From NCBI GenBank assembly GCA_038087875.1, contig JAXLNO010000575.1:248001-312000 (forward strand): a DNA stretch of 64,000 bases. Reading direction: 5' to 3'. Positions 54,101 through 64,000 of the stretch are shown here, piece after piece. The stretch's first letter is position 1. The number at the start of each line of letters is the position of its first letter. A program made the translations under genes and the position numbers. A model generated the notes under the pieces. The model saw only the letters and a list, made by a program, of their open reading frames with translations. It made no database searches and was not told the origin of the DNA. This DNA comes from Malacoraja senta (taxonomy: Eukaryota).

Positions 54101-57100
54101 GGTGCAGGGGAAGGTAGTGTAGAGAAAGCAGGGACTCTGCAGAAGGACTTGGACAGGTGGGAGAGTGGGCAGAGAAGTGGCAGATGGAATATAGTGTAGC
54201 AAAGTGTGGAGTCGTGCATTTTGGTCGTAGGAATAAAGGCGTAGACTATTTTCTAAATGGGGAGAGGATTCAGATATCGGAGGTGTAAAGGGACTTGGGG
54301 AGCTGGTGCAGGATTCCCAACACGTTAATCTGCTAGTCAAATCGGTAGTCAGGAAGGAAAATGAAACACTAGCATTTATTTTGAGAGGGCTAGAATATAA
54401 AAACAGGGATGTAATGCTGAGACTCTATAAGGCGCTGGTCAGGCCGCATTTGGAATATTGTGAGCAATTCTGGGTCCCATATCTGAGGAAGGGTGTGCTT
54501 TAGTCAGAGGGTGGTGAATCTGTGGAATTCTTTCCCACAGACGGCTGTGGAGGCCAAGTCAATGGATATTTTTAAGGCAGCGATATATAGATTCTTGATT
54601 AGTACGGGTGTCAGGGGTTATGGGGAGAAAGCAGGAGAATGGGGTTAGGAGGGAGAGATAGATCAGCCATGCTTGAATGGCAGAGTAGACTTGATGGGCC
54701 GAATGGCCTAATTCGGCTCCTATAATATATGAACATGGAGTGGGGAGAAGAAGGAATGACCGGGGTGGGACAGGGTTTATGTCGGCTGCTTTCCCGAGGC
54801 AGCGTGAAGTGTAGATGGAGTCGATGGTGGGGAGTGTGGTGTCTGTGATGGACTGGGCTACATCTACAATGGTGGGGAGTGTGGTCTGTGTGATGGACTG
54901 GGCTACATCTACAATGGTGGGGAGTGTGATCTGTGTGACGGACTGGGCTACATCTACAATGGTGGGGAGTGTGGTCTGTGTGATGGACTGGGCTACATCT
55001 ACAATGGTGGGGAGTGTGGTCTGTGTGACGGACTGGGCCACATCCACAATGGTGGGGAGTGTGGTCTGTGTGATGGACTGGGCGACATCTACAACTCTCT
55101 GCAATTTCTTGCATCCCAATAAGAAACTGCATCTGCAGACATTAGTAAAATCATTAGAAACATGCCTAGTCTTCTAAGGAAACATAGAAACATAGAAACA
55201 TAGAAAATTGGTGCAGATGGAGGCCATTCGGCCCTTCGAGCCAGCACCGCCAATCATTGTGATCATGGCTGATCGTCCCCTATCAATAACCCGTGCCTGC
55301 CTACTCCCCATATCCCTTGACTCCACTAGCCCCTAGAGCTCTATCTCTCTCTTAAATCCATCCAGTGACTTGGCCTCCACTGCCCTCTGTGGCAGGGAAT
55401 TCCATATATTCACAACTCTCTGGGTGAAAAAGTTTTTCTCACCTCAGTCTTAAATGACCTCCCCTTTATTCTAAGACTGTGGCCCCAGGTTCTGGACTTG
55501 CCCAACATTGGGAACATTTTTCCTGCATCTAGCTTGTCCAGTCCCTTTATAATTTTATATGTTTCTATAAGATACCCCCTCATCCTTCTAAACTCCAGTG
55601 AATACAAGCCTAGTCTTTTCAATCTTTCCTCATATGACAGTCCCGCCATCCCAGGGATCAATCTCGTGAATCTACGCTGCACTGCCTCAATCACAAGGAT
55701 GTCCTTCCTCATATAAGGAGATCAAAACTGTACACAATATTCCAGATGTGGTCTCACCAGAGCCCTATACAACTGCAGAAGAACCTCTGTACTCTTTAGT
55801 AGAGGCATTGGTGTGCATTACTATAGTCTTTAGAGATACATCACGGAAACAGGCCCTTCAGCCTGCCGAGTCTGAGCCGACCATTGATCACCCCGTACAC
55901 TAACACTATCCCACACACTAGGGACAATTTACAATTTTACCAAAGCCAATTAACCTACAAACCCACACATGTTTGGAGTGTGGGAGGAAACCGAAGATCT
56001 TGGAGAAAACCAACGCAGGTCACGGGGAGAACGTCCCTCTCAGCGGCCCCCTCACGTCGGGTCTAATTGTTCTTCACAGCGGTCCACACACGCCAGGCTC
56101 CCATTGCCTTCCCCTCCTTTCTAAAGGAACATCCTTTAATTCTGAGGCTGTGCCCTCTAGTCCTAGACTCTCCCACTGATGGAAACATCCTCTCCACATC
56201 CACTCTATCCGGGCCTTTCACTGTTCGTCGAGTTTATGTTGAAGACCAACTGAATGAGCAGGAGAATCGAGGCCGGGTGGAAACCAAAGGTCTTTTATTT
56301 CACAGCAACCGTACAGAATACATGTTGAAGCAACTCCCGCTTACTGAAGCCAAGCTCGCGGTTCCAGGCAGAAACAGGAAAAATAAACCACTCTTTTGTA
56401 GAAATCACGAACTGCAGATACTGGTGAATACACAAAAGGACACAGAGTGCTGGAGTAACTCAGCGGGTCAGGCAGCGTCTGTGGAGAACATGGATAGGTG
56501 ACGTTTCACAGAGTGCTGGAGTAACTCAGTGGGTCAGGCAGCATCTGTGGAGAACATGGATAGGTGATGTTTCACAGAGTGCTGGAGTAACTCAGCGGGT
56601 CAGGCAGCATCTGTGGAGAACATGGATAGGTGACGTTTCACAAAGTGCTGGAGTAACTCAGTCCAATAGGTAGAGCAAAGGGTAAGATACAGAGTGCAGA
56701 ATATAGTTCTCAGCATTGTAGCGCATCAGTTCCAGAGACAAAGTCCAATGTCCGCAATGGGGTAGAGGTGAATCGGACAGTACTCTAGCTTATGGAAGGA
56801 CCGTTCAGAAGCCTGATAACTAGAGCCAGGATGTTTAAGGCACTAAAGAAACTCTGAAATAGGCAGGCATAAAGGCATAATACAATTACAAAAAAGGCAT
56901 AACAAGGCATTTATTTCCACCACCCAAATATGGTCAAAAATAATAATATAAAGGTATACAACATTAAATGATCAAAGTTGCCTGGTTGCACATAATTACT
57001 AGCATTTTTTCAAATTATCTGGTGTTAAACCATACCATCTGTCAGACAGAATATGCTTCAGTTGTGAAAAACGTCTTTCTACCCCAGCTGAGGTCACAGG

Positions 57101-59725
57101 TGCATACCCGAAACAAGCTATAGACTCTATATTCATGTCGATATCTTGTGCATTGCAACTACCTTTGAGATCTTTAGCTATGTTTTGTATTTCTTCAAGA
57201 TCTTTGTTAGCTAAAGAATAATAATAAGGAGTAAGCCATTTAGAACGGAGACGAGGAAACACTTTTTCTCACAGAGAGTGGTGAGTCTGTGGAATTCTCT
57301 GCCCTCAGAGGAGGCAGGTTCTCTGGATGCTTTCAAGAGAGCTAGATAGGGCTCTTAAAAATAGCGGAGTCAGGGGATATGGGGAGAAGGCAGGAACGGG
57401 ATACTGTTTGGGGATGATCAGCCATGATCACATTGAATGGCGGTGCTGGCTCGAAGGGCCAAATGGCCTGCTCCTGCACCTATTGTCTGTTGTCTAAAAT
57501 CACTCTCACATTTTCCTTGTATGTCTTTACCTACATCGCCAAGAACTTTACGAATATCGTCAGTTACTTTGTTGAAAACCTGCAAGTTATTCACTAATGT
57601 TTCACCACGTTTCTCAAGGGATAATATATTATTATTTATATTATTATTAGCTTGTGGGAAGTTTGCAAAATTGGAAGCAATAAACACAAGATCGCGGTGG
57701 AGGGACATTTTCTGCACGATTTCACTAACGATCCTGACTGCAGCAGATTCTGCTTCTTCAAAACATTTGACGATTTATTTTAACTTTTCAGAATTTGCAG
57801 CATAGTAGAGTACAGCAGAGACCCATGTACCCCACCTAGTCAAAACGGGCTGAGGTAGCGGAATCTCGGGTACCATTTCCTTGAACAACTGCACACGTGA
57901 AGGCGATCGACATTTGGAAACAAGCTATGTATGTGCTTGGCAATTCTATGAAGACCTTGAGCTAAGCAAGTCAAATGCAACATTTTGGGGAATAAAACTT
58001 TAAGTCACAAACAGAAGTACACTCTCGTGTTTTATACCTTCTGGCCAAAGTACAGCAAGTGAAGATGTAAACAACTGAGCAATAGTTGAGCTGTTTGACT
58101 TCCCCAATACTTCTGATGTCAACAAATACTCCTTTGATGGTTGACCTGCCTCCAGTGTACCGATGACCACATTGGCAACATATCTCCCCACAGCATCATT
58201 GTCTCGTCTATTGAGATCCATATTTTGTTGCATGCAACTTCATCTTTAATTTTCTGCACAAGAATGTTGAAGTTGCTGTCAACATAATTTTTCCGTAATG
58301 ATGACTCGCTTGGTATATGTTCCTCTATGTATTTCTCTAAAAAACCTCTGAGAGATTTGTTTTCCAATTTCCACAGTGGAATTCCAGCATCAATGAATGC
58401 CTTGCACAAATCACTCAAACTCAGGTTTGTGACTGAAGCCAGCAGTAAATGTAGTGAGGAGACAAGCTTGGGTATTTTGCTTGGGCAGTCTACACCCCAG
58501 CGGTATCAAAATTGACTTCTCTAATTTTAGATAGCCCTTGACTTTTCCCTCCTCCCCCTCCCCCTTCCCAGCTCTCCTTATAGATCTACTATCTCTGCCT
58601 CTTCATTTCTTTTTCCCACCCCCCCACATCAGTCTGAAGAAGAGTCTCCTAGAAACGTTGCCTCTTCCTTTCTTTTTCCCGCTCCCCCCCCCCACATCAG
58701 TCTGAAGAAGGGTCTCGATCCAAAACGTCGCCTATTCCTTCTCTCCACTGAGCCTCACCCGCTGAGTTTCTCCAGCAATTTTTGTCTACCTTCTATTTTT
58801 CCAGCATCTGCAGTTCTTTCTTAAATAGATCTTGGAGAAAAATGAACTAGCGGGCAGCGGCATGAACGAATGAATGACCGACGGTGGTGCCCCGGGTTCC
58901 ACATCGGTGGTGGAAGTTTTCTTGTAAGTTATACTATGTTAATAATAAAGAGAAAATAGCACGACTTATTAGCAAAACGGCAAAAAAGGCTGATTTAGGC
59001 ACTCGATCGTGAAAAAGGCATTATCCTGGTGAGATCATCAAAAAAGGCATGAAAGGGCACATGGCATTTATGGCAAAATCCTGGCTCTACTGATAACAGA
59101 GGGTAAGAAGCTGTTCCTGAGTCTGGTGGTGCACACTTTCAAGCTTCTGTACCTTCTGCCGGACGGGAGTAGGTAGAAGAAGGAATGACCGGGGTGGGAC
59201 AGGGACACGTCTTTGATGATGTTGGCTGCTTTCCCGAAGCAGCGTGCAGTGTTGAGTCAACATCTCTTTAGGTTTTGGGTTATTATGAGTCCAGTGTCTG
59301 CAATGGGGTGGAGGTGAATCGGACCGTACCCTCGTTCACCCATAGTGGACATTGGACTTTGTCTTTGTCTATGGTTGGAAACCATGTGTGTCTTCATCAT
59401 CTCCAGCGCTCGATTGATACAGTGGTTCTTGGACACTTTCATTTACAGGCATATTCCCAGGACTCAAGAAACTGAACTGTTTTCGAGAGAGTTTAAGCAG
59501 GCTAGGACTTTATTCCTTGGAGCACTGGTGGATGAGGGGTGATCATATAGATTTGAGGGGGGGTGGGGTGGAGGGGGGGGGTGGGGGGGGGTGGGATGGA
59601 GGGGGGGTGGGGGGTTTTGGGGGGTTGGGGGATGGGGGGGATGGGGGGTGGGGTGGGAGGGTGGGGGGGAGGGGAGAGGGTGGGGGAGGGGCTCGGAGGG
59701 GGTGGGCGCGGCGGGGGTGAGGTGT

Positions 59726-60766
59726 CTAAATGGTTGTGGATGTCTGCCCAGAGACTGAGGATGAGCGTGATTGCTTCAATTGGTTTTCTTCGCTTCTCTT
59801 TATGAGGCCTTTATGAGCCATGAGTTTGACCAGGTTACTCTTGAACTTCTCCCCGATGAAGGCGTAGAGGATTGGGTTGATGCAGCTGTGAAGAAAGGCC
59901 AAGCACTGTGTGGCCAGCACGGCCCTGTCCAAGTGGTCACGCCCGATGCAGGAGGCTTTGATGTGTTTGACTCTCACCAGCAAGTCCACAACCATGGTAA
60001 GATGGTAGGGCAGCCAGCACGCCAGGAAGGCCAGCACCACCGCGATGATGACCTTCATGGCTTTCTGCTTTTGGAAGCCCTTGGTCTGGCACAGTTTCCA
60101 CACGATGACGGTGTAGCAGAAGACCATGGTGGCCAGCGGCATGAGGAAGCCGATGATCAGACGACTAACTTTGATGCTCAATTTCCACGGTTTGACAAAA
60201 TCGCCATCGTGTTCCTCGTTACAGACGGACCGATCAAATTCAATGTCGGGAAACACTTCATTGAGGAGGATGGGCAAGGAGAGGAGCAGGGCCACGAGCC
60301 AGACGGCGGCACACACCAGTTTGACCATCCACGGCCTCCTGTGACCGTGCGACTGGGCAGAGCGCACAATGGCCAGGTAGCGGTCCACGCTGATGCAGGC
60401 CAGCAGCAGGATGCCACTGTAAAAGTTCACCTCCTGCAACATACTGATCACCTTACACATGGCGTCACCAAACACCCAGCCAGACACGGCGTCCACTGCC
60501 CAGAAGGGCAGGGTGAGGGCAAAGAGCAGGTCGGCCGTGGCCAGATGGAGCAGGTAGACGTCCGTGGACGAGATGGAGCGACGGTTGTGAAGGATGACCA
60601 CCATCACCAACAGGTTCCCCGTCACGGCCAAGAGACACACCAGGCTACACACCACCGCCGTGATGGTCTTCATGGCCACAAACGCTCTTCTGTCACATGA
60701 AAATGCGTCCGGATCGACACTGAAGGGTAAGGCTGGAATTCCATTTGTGGGCCTCGGGGAAGACAT
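59726..60766 (-). CDS. CXCR1/2-like: CXCR1/CXCR2-like (IL-8 receptor-like) 7TM chemokine receptor, intact coding exon (346 aa from the ATG; an upstream exon is possible)
   Basis: Uninterrupted ORF with DRYLAIV, CWLPY, HSCINPILYAFIG and a Ser/Thr-rich C-tail. A polypyrimidine/AG acceptor lies just upstream of the ATG. Confidence 0.92.
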   Translation of the reverse strand: MSSPRPTNGIPALPFSVDPDAFSCDRRAFVAMKTITAVVCSLVCLLAVTGNLLVMVVILHNRRSISSTDVYLLHLATADLLFALTLPFWAVDAVSGWVFGDAMCKVISMLQEVNFYSGILLLACISVDRYLAIVRSAQSHGHRRPWMVKLVCAAVWLVALLLSLPILLNEVFPDIEFDRSVCNEEHDGDFVKPWKLSIKVSRLIIGFLMPLATMVFCYTVIVWKLCQTKGFQKQKAMKVIIAVVLAFLACWLPYHLTMVVDLLVRVKHIKASCIGRDHLDRAVLATQCLAFLHSCINPILYAFIGEKFKSNLVKLMAHKGLIKRSEENQLKQSRSSSVSGQTSTTI

Positions 60767-63700
60767 TTTCTGAAACGAAAAATAGATTCGCAAATGAGAT
60801 GTTTAAGAAAGTTTAACAAACCCACCGACTCCCATGGCTATCTGGACGACACTTCTTCCCACCCTGCTTCCTGTAAGGACTCTATCCCCTACTCCCAATT
60901 CCTCTGCCTACGCCGCATCTGCACCCAGGTGAGGTGTTCTTCCCTGGAGAGTGAACATGCGGTGTCCATGGGGACTCTGGAGGCCTTCCGTGAACGCTGG
61001 TCACCGCGGGGCGTCGAATGTATTGTTGATAAAAATGTTAATATTTTAATTTGATAACTTTGTTTGTAAAATGCCAATATAGGCATCCTTTGATCGTGTT
61101 ACTACTTTGTATTTTTGTTTGTTCTGAATAAAAGCATTTTGAAGAGGAAAAAAAAAAGTGTTCTACACCAGGGCATCGAAGCTGTCCTCATTCTTCAGGG
61201 AAGGGGGTTCCCTTCTTCTACTATAGATGAGGCTCTCACCAGGGTCTCTTCTGTACCCCATGACTCTGCTCTCACTCCCCATCCCCCACACTCGTAACAA
61301 GGTCAGAGTCCCCCTTGTCCTCACCTTCCACCCGACCAGCCATCACATACAACAGATAATCCTCCGACATTTTCGCCACCTCCAATGGGATCCCAACCAC
61401 TGGCCACATCATCCACTCTCCTCCCCTTTCGGCTTTCCACAGAGACTGCTCCCTCCGTAACTCCCTGGTCAATTTGTCCCTTCCCACCCAAACCACCCCC
61501 TCCCCGGGTACTTTCCCTTGTAACCACAGGAAATGCTACACTTGTCGCTTTACCTCCCCCCTTGACTCCATTCAAGGACCCAAGCAGTCTTTCCAGGTGC
61601 GGCAGTGGTTCACCTGCACCTCCTCCAATCTCATCTATTGCATCCGCTGCTCTAGGTGTCAACTGCTCTACATCGGTGAGACCAAGCGCAGGCTCGGCGA
61701 TCGCTTCGCCCAACACCTCCGCTCTGTTCGCATTAACCAACCTGATGTCCCGGTGGCTCAGCACTTCAACTCCCCTCCCATTCCGAATCCGACCTTTCTG
61801 TCCTGGACCTCCTCCATGGCCAGAGTGAGTCCCACCGCAAATTGGAGGAGCAGCACCTCATATTTTGCTTGGGTAGTTTACACCACAACGGTATGAACAT
61901 TGACTTCTCCAATTTCAGATAGTCCCTGCTTTCTCCCTCTTTCCCCTCCCATTCCCAGCTCTCCCACATCCCACTGTCTCCGCCTCTTCCTTTCTTCTTC
62001 CTATCCCCCCCACCCCCACATCAGTCTGAAGAAGGGTCTCGACCCGAAACGTCGCCTATTTCTTTCGCTCCATAGATGCTGCCTCACCCGCTGAGTTTCT
62101 CCACCATTTTTGTCATGAGATGTTGAGATTACTTTAGAGATACAGATTGACACAGAGGGTGGTGGGTGTATGGAACAAGCTGCCAGAGGAGGTAGTTGAG
62201 GCAGGGACTATCCCAATGTTTAAGAAACTGTTAGACAGGTACATGGATAATAGACACAAAGCTGGAGTAACTGTGGGACAGGCAGCATCTCTGGAGAGAA
62301 GGAATGGGTGATATTTCAGTCGAGACCCTTCTTCAGACTGATCACAAAGGTCCCGACACGAAACGTCACCCATTCCTTCGCTCCAGAGATGCTGCCTGTC
62401 CCGCTGAGTTAATCCTGCCTTTGTGTCTATCTTTGGTTTAAACCAGCATCTGCAGTTCCTTCCTATACGTGGATAATAGGATTGGTTTGGAGGGTTGTGG
62501 ACAGGTGGGACTGTTGTAGATGGGACATGTAGGCCGGTGTGGGCAAGGTGGGCTGAAGGTAGGGACTTTGTAGAGTGCCTTTGTGATGGATTCTTTGAAC
62601 AGCTTGTATTGGAGCCTACCAGGGAGAAGGCAATTCTGGATTTACTGTTATGTAATGAACCGGATTTGATAAAGGACCTCGAGGTTAATGAGCCATTAGG
62701 AGGCATCCCAGGGTACTTAAGGTAGTGGCTCTAGAAATCGTGGATGCATTGGTGATAATTTTCCAATGTTCTATAGACTCAGGATCAGTTCCTGTGGATT
62801 GGAGGGTAGCTAATGTTATCCCACTTTTTAAGAAAGGTGGGTGAGAGAAAACGGGGAATTATAGACCAGTTAGAATGACATCAGTGGTGGGGAAGATGCT
62901 GGAGTCAATTATAAAAGATGAGATAGCCGCACATTTGGATAGCAGTAACAGGATCGGTCCGAGTCAGCATGAATTTACGAAGGGGAAATGATGCTTGACT
63001 AATCTTCTGGAATTTTTTGAAGATGTAACTAGGAAAATAGACAAGGGAGAGCCAGTGGATGTAGTGTACCTGGACGTTCAGAAAGCATTTGATAAGGTCC
63101 CACATAGGAGATTAGTGGGCAAAATTAGGGCACATGGTATTGGGGGTAGAGTGCTGACATGGATAGAGAAGTGGTTGGCAGACAGGAAACAAAGAGTAGG
63201 GATTAACGGGTCCCTTTTAGAATGGCAGGCAGTGACTAGTGAAGTACCGCAAGGCTTGGTGCTGGGACTGCAGCTATTTACAATATAAATCAATGATTTG
63301 GATGAAGGGATTCAAAGTAACATTAGCAAATTTGCAGATGACACAAAGCTGGGTGGCAGTGTGAACTGTGAGGAGGATGCTATGAGAATGCAGGGTGACT
63401 TGGACAGGTTGGGGGAGTGGGCAGATGCATGGCAGATTAAGTTTAATGCGGATAAATGTGAGGTTATCCACTTTGGTAGCAAAAACAGGAAGGCAGATTA
63501 CTATCTAAATGGAGTCAAGTTGGGAAAAGGGGAAGTACAACGGGATCTGGGGGTCCTTGTACATCAGTCTATGAAAGTAAGCATGCAGGTACAGCAGGCA
63601 GTGAAGAAAGCGAATGGCATGTTGGCCTTTATAACAAGAGGAATCGAAGATAGGAGCAAAGAGGTCCTGCAGTTGTACAGAGCCCTAGTGAGACCACTAT

Positions 63701-64000
63701 TGTGTGCAGTTTTGGTCCCCTAATTTGAGGAAGGACATTCTTGCTATTGAGGGAGTGCAGCGTAGGTTTACAAGGTTAATTCCCGGGATGGCGGGACGGT
63801 CATATGCTGAGAGAATGGAGCAGCTGGGCTTGTACACTCTGGAGTTTACATGGATGAGATGGGATCTCATTGAAACATATAAGATTGTTAAGGGCTTGGA
63901 CAAGCTAGAGGCAGGAAACATGTTCCCGATGTTGGGGGAGTCCAGAACCAGGGGCCACAGTTTAAGAATAAGGAGTAAGCCATTTAGAACGGAGACAAGG

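Larger units (their letters stand above)
34859..64000 (-). repeat. Right arm of inverted duplication
   Basis: Starts at the first base after the N gap and mirrors 29623 down to ~339, with scattered substitutions and a few indels. Confidence 0.97.

Noticed and set aside
59771..60700. 309-aa plus-strand ORF
   Set aside because: Antisense shadow of the GC3-rich CXCR coding exon; no recognisable motifs.

Overview
Repeat-rich vertebrate genomic DNA, most likely from a cartilaginous fish (skate/ray; inferred from the HE1-type V-SINE and the CR1/Penelope/Rex1 repeat set). The window is almost entirely one large inverted duplication: ~339-29623 is mirrored by 34859-64000, around a ~5 kb unique spacer and a 200-N gap. 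Each arm carries three main things. (1) A CXCR1/2-like chemokine receptor, frameshifted on the left and intact on the right. (2) A decayed CGGBP1-like hAT transposon with TIRs and an 8-bp TSD. (3) A ~9.5 kb decayed class I endogenous retrovirus with gag and pro-pol, no env and only a 3' LTR; its Pol carries an extra 2H-phosphoesterase-like domain (two HxT motifs) between protease and RT, the most notable finding. The spacer holds four in-phase 3' exons of a RUFY4/FYCO1-like coiled-coil gene, cut off by the gap. The right arm begins exactly at the gap, so the palindrome may be two haplotypes joined head-to-head by scaffolding rather than a real duplication. Smaller elements include a Harbinger-type MITE, a Helitron-like element, hammerhead-ribozyme-like Penelope tails and several nested insertions with clean TSDs. 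All family assignments come from reading motifs by eye; no searches were run.
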